Assembly: GCA_012295275.1 (NCBI GenBank)
Contig: CM022666.1
Location: 4,030,001 to 4,094,000 of the forward strand
Length of the DNA stretch: 64,000 bases
From: Chrysomallon squamiferum
Taxonomy: Eukaryota > Animalia > Mollusca
Reading direction: 5' to 3'
Shown: positions 1-13,461 of the stretch, piece by piece
Position numbering within the stretch: the first letter of the stretch is position 1
Layout of the letters: each line of letters starts with the position of its first letter
Made by a program: the position numbers and the translations under genes
The notes under the pieces: model-generated
What the model was told of the DNA's origin: nothing
What the model saw: the letters and a program-made list of their open reading frames with translations, nothing else
Databases searched by the model: none

Positions 1-165
1 TATAGATATATAGATATATAAATAAATAAATAAATAAATAAATATATATATATAGATATATATAGATATATATATATATAAATAAATAAATAAATTAATA
101 TATATAGATATATATAAATACACAAAGGCTGAGCTAAGAATCGAATAAGAAGACAGTTCAAGTAC

Positions 166-421
166 CCTAATTCTGGAAATGCTGACTAGAACCTCTGACG
201 AGGCTGCTATGGTAGCAGACATCCGAATAACCATTAACCTAGCCACGTGGTGGAAAATCAGCATCATCATAAAAATACACCTAGCCCGAAAATTCTCTTT
301 CTCGTCAGCGAGAATGAACGCAAGAACGGCCGTGAAAATCATGAATCGAAATCCGTCAAAACCCAGGCTCAGGTTCACACTCCTCGCCTGCTTGCGGAGG
401 ATCACCTGTTTAATTTCCTTC
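166..421 (-). CDS. ABCC4: ABCC4 alternative exon 8c ([29 protein letters not shown]...[26 protein letters not shown])
   Basis: ctgtttcag acceptor (same 9 nt as 8a), gtactt donor, 256 nt, 85 open codons, same phase; KEI...NL...SE.LVSI.RI motif of MRP exon 8. Not in the ORF track on this strand. Confidence 0.86.
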
Positions 422-1730
422 CTGAAACAGTCAGGATCAAAAATGATGAACGTTTATTCTTATTTAGGCCATTTTTTATCTTTTTTATAACTGACGTTTT
501 TATAATATGGTGGCCAAGAATTAGCTGTATTTTGTTCAAATTTTTTTTTTTTTTTTATCTGATTTTTTTTTATAATATGGTGGCCAATAAATGAAGCTGT
601 ATTTTGTTCAAATTTTTTTTTTTTTTTTTTTATTTTATCAAGTTATAACTGAAAGATATTCCTTTTTAAAAAATATCGTAATTCAGTTAATTTAAAAAAA
701 TGTTTCAGTTCTATTAAACTTCTTAATAAAGGTATATATATATATATATATATGTATAAAAGTAGTTATACATAAAGCTGAAGTGTATATATACTGTATA
801 TAGAAACCAGGATATATGCAAAGTTTTGAGGGTAACAGTCATGGAGAAAAAGGGAACAAAGTCGATAAGATAAAGAAAATTAATTCTAAAAAATAACTGC
901 GCTTCGATATTATGTATGTAGCCTACATTTTGATTTTTTTTTTAAAAAGCAATCAATATTATCATCATCATCATCATCATTAATATTTAAACTTTTCAAC
1001 TTTAGAAATATAAATAAAATATTGTCATAGGAGTAGGTAACTGTACAATTATAAGAAAACAACCCAAGTATTAAATGTCAAGAGAATACTGTTATAAAAA
1101 CACATATAAATGAACAAACACAAACAATCTATATGTTTTAATCCGGAACAAATCATTCACTATATAAACACAGAAACACCAAAAATCTATGTGTTTTAAT
1201 CCAGAACAAATCATTCACTATATAAACACACAAACACAAACAATCTATGTGCTTTAAGTCCACAACAAATCATAAACTTGCAGGCAGCATGCACACTTTT
1301 TCCAAGAACTTAAATTAGGAATATAAATGTGTTGTGTGTGCACGTGTTTGTTGTCTGTCTGTGTGCATGTGCATGTGCATATTTGTTGTGTGTGTATGTG
1401 CTTTGCATGAAGAATGAAAAGAAAATAAGCACTAATAAGATATGTGACAAAGCAGCTGATCTATATGTGCTCTATTAAAGCTGCTTTCTAATAATAATAA
1501 TAACAACAACAACAATAATACTAATAACAGCAATAATAATAATAACAATAATTACAGATTAATGATGTTAGGGCTATTCTGAATCATAATCAACAATTAT
1601 TTCCCTTCGTTGAGTTATTTTAAGAACTTACTGTTTATACAACCTTTTTAATCCTTTTAATCTTTCAAAATGAATCCTTTATGCTTACTTCCAAGTTATA
1701 TTGTAATCCTTTCTATCACAATTTAATAAT

Positions 1731-1763
<33 letters not shown>

Positions 1764-4516
1764 CTATCTCAACATACAATAATTTATGGATGATACTTCA
1801 ACTACATCAATCCTAGATCAATCCTAGCTTCTTCCCATTCTTTTAGTAACAAAGGCTGAAGTATTCCAAAAATATCTATGGGAAGGTGCACATTAAAGAT
1901 TCCTTGTTGCTAATGGGCGGAAAAAAAATCAAACAATATGCCAGATAATTGTAGATTACAAAAATATGTTGAGTATATAATAAATAAAATATTTCTTCAT
2001 TCTTCCAGTTTTAACCTTCTATTTACAAGTCTCTGTTGTAATCTCTCTCATATATGGAAATAAAATTCAACCCTTTTTATTACATCTATAAAAAAAACTT
2101 ATATATATGTCATCTAAAATGCTCACTGCCCATTTTTTTAACCCTTTTTTAATCACAGGTACCTAATCAAAATTAGTTAAAAAATGTTCAAAAAGCATTC
2201 TTTTAAACATCTTTTAAAATAGGAGAACGTTCGTTCCATTACCTTTACTCGTTTTACCGTTCTGGACAGGTCTCCTATGTTAGCAGCCATTATGAACATA
2301 ACGCCCCACAACGTGTACGTCATCAAATGAACGTAGGAGACGACGATGTAGAGATGCTGCGGCTGCATTCCTTTACTATAACTAAAAATACACATCGTCA
2401 CCACGACAACGAACATTACGACACGATGACCTATGACCCAAACGCTGGCAAGCATCGCTGAACAACGACTGCTAGCCATGACAACATGGGCTTCTTTTCT
2501 GTAAGAAGAGTGGAAAACAGGCTGCTGATGGTTGCAATGAAATGACGACGACGATGATGATGATGATGATGTTAATTATTAGTAATAATAACAATAGTAA
2601 TATAATAAGTGTAATAATAATTATAATAATAATAATAATAATAATACTCTTATCAGTAATAATAATAATAATAATATTAATAGTTTTAATAATAACAAAT
2701 AATAATAATGACGATGACGATGACTGTAATAATGATAATAAATGGCAAGAAACCACAGATTAAAATGAAATAAAGAAAATAATAAATAAATATTTTATCC
2801 ACTTTTAAAATAAAGATCCCATAATTTAATATTCAATGAAGAGATGGTAAAATTTTAACAGAACAGTAACCTAACAGAATATAATGAAGTGAAAAATGGG
2901 GTCAGTGTGCTTATTCTGAGGTGGTGAAGCAAAATTCCAGTGTACAATAATAAAAAAAAAATGAAAAAAAAGGCCTTCACACAAATGCACTACAAACATT
3001 TTGAGAACAAAGCTAAAAAACAAACAAACAAAAAAACCACAATAAAAAAAAAAAGGAAGAAAAAAGAAACAAAGAAAAAAAGGGGAAGAAGACTGACTAT
3101 ATACTGAAGATATTAGAACCAAGGTGCCAAGCAAAAATATTCTAACTACACTGTTAATCATATATGTTTTCAGTTGAAGCAGACATATATATATATATTG
3201 AGCAATAAAGTTAAAACGTGATAAATGTGTTAATAGTGTTAGTACAGTACAGTAATGGTCCTTCCACCATGATGGCAAAAAGCAAGTTAAATCTAAAGCA
3301 GACTTTTTTTTATTTTGTTTTATTTATTTAATTTTTTTTTTTTTTTTTAAAGTTTTTCCATTTTTGTTACATATACATACAAATATACACATGCACAAAT
3401 ATACAAATATACACACACAAAAACACACATACACACATATATATATACAAACACAACACACATATATACAAACACACAACACACACATACGCGCGCGCAC
3501 ATATACATACACACACACATATACACACATACATACATACACATATATATTTTTTTGTTTGTTTTGTTGTTGTTGTTGTTTAGTCATGATTAATTAGCAT
3601 ATATAATTATTGGGTACACAGCTGACCTTGTCCCAACACCACATTTTACAAAGTCTATGGAACATCTTACCCTATCAATGAAAAGTGCATATACAGATTC
3701 CTTGCTTAATTTACATAAAAATTACATTTTTATGTGACTGAGCTAAGAGAATCCAATTTGGAAATAATGTCTCATCTTAGTTTAATATGGTTTAATATTT
3801 CTTTATCATCAAAATTTATTTCCAAATCTACTGTATATTTCAAACAAAACAAAGCCTTTTAAAAAAAAAGAAGATAAAAAACAAAGACAAAAACAAAAAA
3901 ACAACTAAAATGTTGTTTATATTTCTTAATACAAGATTTTTTAAAACAAATCAACAGATAACAAAATAAAAAACCCATCAAATAAACAGAAAAAATCATT
4001 TATATTTTATTAACATAAAATTAACACAAATTTATAATTTTTTTAAAAATAAGAAAACATAGAAGAAGAAAAAAAAAAGAAAAAAAACCAACAACAGTGC
4101 ATTCATTTTTTTTTTTTTTTTTTTACTAACCTTCATTCGTCTAAACGATATCTGGAGTTCGGATGTGAACTGGATTCCTAGCGCCAAGGAAACCATTATT
4201 CCAAATCTAACAGACATCAGAATTCCAATCATAACAAAGACCGAACGAGTCCTGAGCTGGTTTCCCAAGACAACATTTCCAACAATGATCAGCAGAACCA
4301 CCAGCTTCACAGAAAAAAACATTGGCGCCAAAATCAAACCCTGAATGTATCGAGCTGTCCGAACTTTCTTAATTTCATCGCTGAAACAGCAAGGCATTAT
4401 GGGACTGAAAATATGTTATGCTACGACAACTACAGCGGAAGTTGGTGCCGTCAGTTACTGCTGATAATATTTATAATAAGATTTTTATTTTTTTTTAATT
4501 GTAAAAGAAAAGTGAA

Positions 4517-4568
<52 letters not shown>

Positions 4569-5406
4569 GTAATAGTAGTAATGATAATAATAATAAATAA
4601 AATAAATAAAAAATAAATAAATAAACAAACTAACAGATAATTTATTGTCAAGAATCCAAAAACAGTTTGTATTTATAAACCAAAAGGATTTTTATTTTTT
4701 TTATTTATTTTTTTTTTAGATAATTTTAGTGAAAGAAAACATTAAAAACTAAGTTCTATTTTAATAATTCATCTAATAAAACTCAAAACTAATTTCCAGA
4801 TATTTTTCTACTGCCAAAATGCAACTAAAGGGCCAAGGTGCATAGATTAACTAAACCATGATACAAACTAGACCAAACTACATTCATCATTTAATATATA
4901 CATTCACCATTTTGTCCAATATATTTAATCCTTTTATATTGTATTAATAAGTATTTTCTTGGAAAACTACTTCATGTATTTTCTTGGAAAACTACTGCAT
5001 GTATTTTCTTGGAAAACTACTGCATCTATTTCCAGAAAAAGCCTCAAGTAATTCCTGGAAGAGCTATTAATTACTTCCCAGAAAAAAAATTCTATTTCCA
5101 AGCACAGCTATAAATGTTTGCATATATTTTCTAGAACTCTGTAACTCCATCCTAAGAAAGTAATAAATATTTTCAGAAAGATACATGAGTTGTCTCAGAA
5201 TGTTACATGAGTCATTTCCAACAATACTACAAGTCAACAAATATTTCTCAGAAATCACCATCATTCCAGATTTGTGAAGTAGATATAAATCATTTTTCAG
5301 TGGGAACTTTAACCTAAATGTATTCAACCAGAACTGTTAAACTACTCATACTGAAATAGTCATAATAATTCATTAACTCTATCAGCAATATTTTCTAGAA
5401 AAACTA

Positions 5407-5452
<46 letters not shown>

Positions 5453-8400
5453 TTTTTAAATAAGTTATTTCCAAGAAATATATTTATCACATTAAAGTAT
5501 TACACTGTAAAATATATTCTGTATACTGTATGCACCCAATATAAATTTACTTTCAAGGTATATATTTCAAAGAAAAAACATTATTATTTTTCATCCATAA
5601 CTATTACAATTATTCTCTCCCCACCCCCACCCCCCAAAAATAATAATGTACATAATGAACACTTCAGAAGATTAGAAGCAAACTGAACAAACTGACCATC
5701 ACTAATCCAGAACTGTCACTAATCCAGGACAATCATTAATCTAGAACCTTTGCCAATCATAATATTAACCTGCTAATCTTGTCATCATTAGACCTGGTCG
5801 ATCACCAATGGTTATATTTAATGATATTATGCCATTAATCTGGTTAATCTTATAAATCTGGAAACCATTAATCTAGTTCCACTGCTAATCTGGAATTATT
5901 TAGACTCCTCTTTTAGAAATCAGTCACCTAATTTAGCTGTTAATCCATCTGTCAGTAATCTTCTTCCTTTGTTAACCTTTATCATTCTAGTGGTCCCTAA
6001 CACTAATCCAACCTCTTTGTTAATGTAGCAGTCACTAATACTGATCCAAATTCTTTGTCAATCTAGCTGTCACTAATACTAATCCAACTTCTTTGATTAT
6101 ATACTATACAGCAGTCCTTAATACTAATCCAGATTCTTTGTTGATCTAGCTGTCACTAATACTAATCCAACTTCTTTGCTTATACATTATACAAGCAGTC
6201 CTTAATACTAATCCAACTTCTTTGTTGATCTAGCAGTCACCAACACTAATTCAATTCCTCTTTTAATCTAGCAGTCACTAATCCTAATTCAATTTCTTTG
6301 TCTATCTAGCAGTCACCAATACTAATCCAACTTCTTTCTTATATAGCAGTCCCTAATACTAATAAAACTTCTCTGTTGATATAGCAGTCCCTACTACTAA
6401 TCCAAATTCATCACTTATCTAAGCCAATCACCAATTCAATAAAAATCAATAACGTAATATGCTGTGCACTCAGTATATCCTTGCTACTTTTGGTAAAACC
6501 TGGAAAGTTGAAATTTAAAGATTTGGGGTCCACCACCTTACCAGTCTATTATAACTGATGGTGGCTCTAAATGTGGCACTGATTAAAATCATGTTAAATG
6601 CTGAGTGAATTACTGTCACCAGAGTTGATTTTGTTTAAATGAAGTATATTCTTCATCACGAGCTACTCTAGTCTAACTGTCTAACAGTTTTTGCTGAGAA
6701 TGCAAATAAATACTGTTGAATTTATATTTTAATTTTTTTTTTAAAACGATTTTTTATTGTGTAAAATCTAATTGAAGTAGATAGGGTGTGTGCATGCTTT
6801 GATTCTGGGAATTAATTAATTAATTGTTGGGGTATGCAACATCCTAGTCTTATGCAAGAGAAAATTCTGATGGATTTGTTATGTAAGTAATAATGTATTT
6901 CCAGTTGTGACAAAAAAAAAAATATAAAAATTATTTAATGATAAGTTCATGATCAAGTATCAATAATGCTCTGTTTATGACAGAAACACTGCTGAAGTTT
7001 TATTAATGTGACTACTCTGTCTAAACAAAGCATTTACATTTAGTTACCAGTAAGATTTTGAGATGTTTTTACACTGTTTTGTTTGTCAATACAGCTTACA
7101 AGACTAGTAGAACTGCTCCTGCTGTCTTTTTTCCCTACCACTTTCATTCATTTTCACTCCCTCACACACACACACACACACAAAATGTGCATATACACAA
7201 CACATACACATACATACAAGGAAACTGAAAAGACTGGACATCACTAATCCAGAGCCTTTACTTCCCATTCTAACCAGAGCTCGACAACTGGTTTAACAAA
7301 TACCATGATATGTTGCTTTCCATGGGAAGGTATATATAAAAGATATCTTACTACTAACTCAATGTGGATGCACCAGTTACCAATCTAGGTTACAGTAAAA
7401 TGCCTCAAACCCATACACTCACTGAAACAGAAAAAAAAAAAATCTCTATTTTTAATCTTTCTGTAAATCAACCAACCTACAAACCAAAATGTTAACCTCA
7501 ACCAAACTTTAACCTCAAAAGCCCAACAGTGTTCAACTTTAAGAAGTTTCAATGTATGTGAATAACCTTAAATCTGACAACTTGCAGTCTTTCACAGAAA
7601 AGACATCCTGAAGTTTTTTTTATTAAATAAATCTTTCATACTTTTTATTTATTTGTATCTATGGATACTGGATATCTATCTCTCCATAAACTTCAGGCTA
7701 GATGCCTGTACACCACTTGAAATAGCTAAACTATTAAACTCCAAAAATAATCTGTTTTTCATGACTGTTTTTCCTGAGAAAACAAAATTGGCAATATCCA
7801 GTAAACCCATGAGAGAAACCATAAGGATCTATGACATCCTGATAAAAAAATAAAAATTAAAAAAATGGACATGAAGACTGTGCTTGGCTTTTGGAAACAT
7901 AGAAGACAAAATATCTGTGACAAACAAAATCAAATAACTGAATCTACACCACTCTATAACTGCATCTTAATTAACACCTGCAACAGTAAAACAGCAAAGA
8001 CACCAGACACTTGTAAACAGAATTAGAAGTTTATCTTTGTAATCTTCTAGTTATTCTGATGACAATACAACCACTGTATCAATGTCAGTAATTAATACAC
8101 ACACTGGTACTTTACTAGACTGCTTGTCTGACTAATCTCAAGAACAAATATCAGAGGTACACCTTTTGGGTTATTTCCCAATCTAGCGAATGTCTCATTA
8201 CTGATTATTAAAAGCTATGGTATGCGTGTGTTTTTCTTGAACAATTGAAAGTGTATTCAGTTAATTTTAATAAGTAACAGTGGTTTTTTTTTTTTTTCCT
8301 GGTGTTGTTATTATTATAAAACTGAATATCTAATACTTATTTATTATTACAAAAAATGAACTAGTTGTAATATATTACTAAAAAGTTGTTTGAACTGACA

Positions 8401-10328
8401 CTAACATATTACAAAATCATATCAATTGATAGTAACATTATTACAAAATCGTATGAACTGATAGTAATATATTATTAAAAAGTTGTTTGAACTGACAGTA
8501 ACATATTACAAAATCATATCAATTGATAGTAACATTATTACAAAATCATATGAATTAACAGTAACATATTATTAAAAAAATCATGACTGACAGCAACATA
8601 TGATTACAAAATTCTATGAATTGATAATAACATATTATGAAATCATGTGACTCCTATTAATATATTATTACAAAGTCATATGAATTGACAGTAACATTAT
8701 TACAAATTTATCTGATTGATATTATTACAAAATAACATTAATTGATATTAAAAGCCGTAAAAAAAAAATATAAGGTGATATGTCATTAAAAGTGAAAATA
8801 AGAGGTAAAAGTGAAATCACAGGCAATCTTTGATCAAGTGCATGAAAACAATTACAATAAATAAAACAACTTTTCAGTAAATTTAAAATCTTTAGGATGA
8901 AAATGTTGATATTTTTTTTAGTCATGCATCTTTTAGAAGTCAAGTCACCTAATTTTAGCTGTTAATGCATGATATATGCACCAAAATGCAATTTTAGCCA
9001 TGTTCAAAGAAAAATTATAAATATTTTAATCCTCATTCATTCAGAATATTTATCATATTAATTTTTATTTATATGTATTCATTTAAATATTTATTTATTT
9101 TTTATTTATTTATTTATTTATTTATTTATTAAATTTATTTATTTTTATTTTTTTTTTAATCTTCATTCAGAAGCTTTTTGTTTATTGTCTTTCTACATAA
9201 TAATTAAATTTTTTTTAAAATATTTAAAAAGATGCAAAAAAACCCAGACAGAAACATTTCAGTTATTAGAGCACAAAGTCTCAATTAAAAAAAAAAAAAA
9301 AAAAAAAATCTACACCATCCAATATGTCCCCAAAATAATCCTTGAGTAAACATGTTTAAAATTTCTACATACAGAACATTTTGTGTAAATATCAGAGGTC
9401 ACTGAGAAATACAAACACAAGTGGAATTTGTATTTTAATCAAGTACTAGTACTGTTGAATTGAATTTAAATATTGCAGAGGCAATCAAGAAATATGTAGA
9501 CAAGAGTAGATTTTTTTAAATTTATTTTTCTATTTTATGATCAAGTGGTGATATATTTAACATTTTATTAACATGTTTAAGATCAGAGGTTACCAAGGAA
9601 TTGACAGATATAAGTAAAAAAAAAATGTTTTTTCTTTTTATCTAGAGGTATTAGCATATTTCCATTTTATTTATATACTTCAGGTCAGAGTTCACCAATG
9701 AATATGTGTACATAAGTAATTTAGATTTTTTTTTAATTTTTAACTTTTTTAATTTTAATTTTTTTTTTATCAAGAAGTATTAATATATTTGAATTTTATT
9801 AAAATGCTTTAAACCAGCAGTCACAGTAAATATGCAGGCATAAGAATTTTTTTTTATTATTGTCAAAAGATGAGTAAAAAAAATAATTAAAAAAAATCAA
9901 AAAATCCAAACAAAACAAACAACAGTGCAAAATTGAAACAAAATGTAACTTTAACAAACAAAATAATTTATCATGCACTGTAAAACATGCAGATATGTTG
10001 ATTTATTTTATATTTTGTTTTGTTATTTAAATGAATGTGTATTGTTTGTTGTGTGTGTTTGTGTGTATTATGCATATATATATATATATATAGTTGTATA
10101 CGTGATAACTTTATGTACATTGTTTATATAGCATTTATCATTGTATATCAATGTGTTTTGGAAGGGTATTTCTTAAAGTGAAATGGAAATAAAAGTTTTA
10201 ATTTATATCCAAGAGTATATATTCCAAATGTATTGGTTTTGTTGTTTTTATTTTATTTCTAATTGTTTTTTTTTTATTTATTATATAAATTTTAAATTAA
10301 GATATTGCTAAAATAAAAATTATAAAAA

Positions 10329-10362
<34 letters not shown>

Positions 10363-12437
10363 TGAAATATCATTTCTGCACACACTCTTGTACTCTGTGT
10401 ATACAAGATGGCCTTTAGAGCAGGACAAAACCTACCACAACATTTTATTTACAACAATGTACTTTCACACTGTTCCAGATATCAGAGATATACTCATATA
10501 GAGAAACTAACCATTAACATGAAATCATAATTATCATCTATTTTCTTCTTCACATATTTGTTTGATTAAAATAATAATAATAATAGTAATAATAGTAATA
10601 GTAATATTAATAAGAATAATAGTAATAGTAGTAGTATTAATAGTAATAGTAATAGCAATAATAATAATAATAATAGTAGTAATAGTAGTAATATATATAT
10701 ATACTAGTGCCACATCTGCTACTACTACTACTACAACTAATAATAATAATAATAATTAATAATAATAATAATAATAATAGTAATATTAATCATAATAATA
10801 AATACAATTACTACCAATACTAATACTACTAACAAAAAACAATAATAATCATTTTAAAATATTTCTCTATGACTGTTACCAACACAACAGACTAAAATTT
10901 ACATAGTGAATTACTAATAGACACATACACTTAAATTAAATTAACTTTCTGCAAGGTATAAAAACTGGTATTCCAGCATCAATCAAGACATTTGAAGACT
11001 TATATAACAAACAGAATGTGCAAGAATATGGCCATACAACAAGGAAGGGTGGATTATAAATATTTTCAGGGTTTGGCTTACTTACTGGATTAGCAAAAAC
11101 ATGCAAGTTCAAACACAAATCATGCAGTGAAAATAATTTTTAGTACAGTGGAAACTGCTTAAATTAAATAACAGTGAACCAGAATTAAGTTAGTTTCATT
11201 TTTATTAGCAGTAAACATCTCTTAAAGAGTGAAACTGTATCTAATATGAGCACAAATAGTTAAAATATTGTATACTTCTTAGTCTTATTACTAGTGTCCA
11301 ATCTTTGTTAACAATAAAGTATGATTCTAATAATACGAATTCTTGAAAACTGATATTTATTTTAATCTTGTCTTTTCAAGCAGAAAAATGTCAAATTATT
11401 CTTCACAGATGACAGTATGGCAATTTATATATTCTGTTTTTCATGGATTTTTAAAATGGTTAATTATTATTATTATTATTCTCTTATTTTTGCAGAAACA
11501 GTTTCCACTGTAAGGAAAAACAGTCACCAGTTTTAATATCAAAACAACATGCTCAACCTTTTTACCCATCTTAATTATTTATTAATTTTATAATAAAATA
11601 AAATAAATTTAACAGTTAAAGACAAACATAGTAGCATTTATTCCCTTTCAAAATATATATTTATACCTGTTTATAAAATATATATTACCATTAATAAAAA
11701 GTTTAATATTTTATTTGAAATAATTCTCAGTAAAGAATTTTGTTTTACATTTTCCAGTTATAGAAAAATGTAACGACAATAACACTTCAAAAACTTATAA
11801 AGTAATATATTTTAAAAATAAAAATGCATTAAATGAAAGATCAACTTAAAAAAGTTTAAACAAAAAAATAAAAAATCAGTAATAAAAGAAATTAAAAAAC
11901 ATTTTAAACAGACGATCCGTTTTATTCTTATTTTCACAGCTTAAAATATCCACATTCTGTTATCAAAATACTGTATAACTAATTACAATTTTAAACATCT
12001 TTTTGATGAACGTTATAAAAAAAAAATTTTTTAGGCATAGTAATTATGTTTCTTATTATCAAGTACAGCTTTTATAACAAAATAGTAGTTTAAAAAAAAG
12101 GAAGAAAAAGACTTACCTTCTGACTTTATTCACTAATTCTCCAAAAGGCTTTTCCCAACAGTACATTTTTATAACTCGCATACCGGAAATTATTTCATTC
12201 ATTACTCTGACCCTTTCATCGGTGAACACTGCCGTCTTCAGTCTGAATTTAAAACAACAAAGATTTCTTAACGGACAAAGTAAAACAATTATTATTATAG
12301 TTGTTGTTGTTATTGTTCTTGTTGTTGTTGTTGTTGTAATTATTATTATTATTATTATAAAAGTAATATCAATCCATACAGTGGGAGGTTTGCTTGCCCC
12401 CACTCTATCTTTATTTATTTATATATCTATTAATTAA

Positions 12438-12468
<31 letters not shown>

Positions 12469-12499
12469 GTCTATCTATCTATCTATCTATCTATCTATT

Positions 12500-12540
<41 letters not shown>

Positions 12541-13032
12541 ATATCTACACACACAGAGATGTATTACAACAATGAACAAGTAAAATAATAATAATAATAA
12601 TAATTAAAATATCAGTAACAACTAGTGCTCACTCTCTCTCACTCACTCTCTGTCTCTCTATTTCTTTCTCTGTATACATGACACACACACACACACACGC
12701 TCAGAACATTTATAAAATAATACACTGAAGATTTTATAAATTAAATTTTTTCATTTGAAAGAAAAACGTACTGGTGGAACGACTGACAAAAGAAGGAATG
12801 AAAAGGAAATATACCTGAGTTTAGAAAACAGTTTTCCCATCCAGCCCTGCATGGGAATGAGAAGTAACAAAACGGCAAAACCCGCCAGAACAGTGGGTCC
12901 AAGTTCATGCCACAAAATAATTAAAACAGCAATAGCCTGTAGTGGGCCAATCCACAAAAAATGAATAAATATCACAGCCTGAAAAAATAAAAAAAATAAA
13001 AATAAAAAAATAAAAAATAACAAAGAAATAGT

Positions 13033-13066
<34 letters not shown>

Positions 13067-13418
13067 GTATATGAATTTTTCATAAACAAAGTAAAAAAAA
13101 AAAAAATATTATATATATATAAACATTTAAAAAATAAAAAAAAAAAAGAAATAGTATATAAATATATATACAGATATATGAATAAGTCGGTAACGTTAAA
13201 AAAAAATATTATATTTTCTGTATAAACATTTTAAAAGTAAAAAAAATATATATATATATATATATTATATTATAAATATATAAAAATAAATAAATTGTGA
13301 AAGTTAATAAAAAATATTATATTCTCGGTATTTAGAAAATTAAAATAATAATAAATAAATAATAAATAAATAAATAATAAAAATATAACTAAATAACTAA
13401 ATAACTAAATAAAAATAA

Positions 13419-13461
<43 letters not shown>

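Noticed and set aside
179-594. Plus-strand ORFs of 103 and 115 aa
   Set aside because: Antisense shadows of ABCC4 exon 8c.
10936-11118. 60-aa minus-strand ORF in ABCC4 intron 7 as a possible fourth exon-8 variant
   Set aside because: No resemblance to the exon-8 pattern, no two-helix layout and wrong length; I found no further variant between 4380 and 12117.
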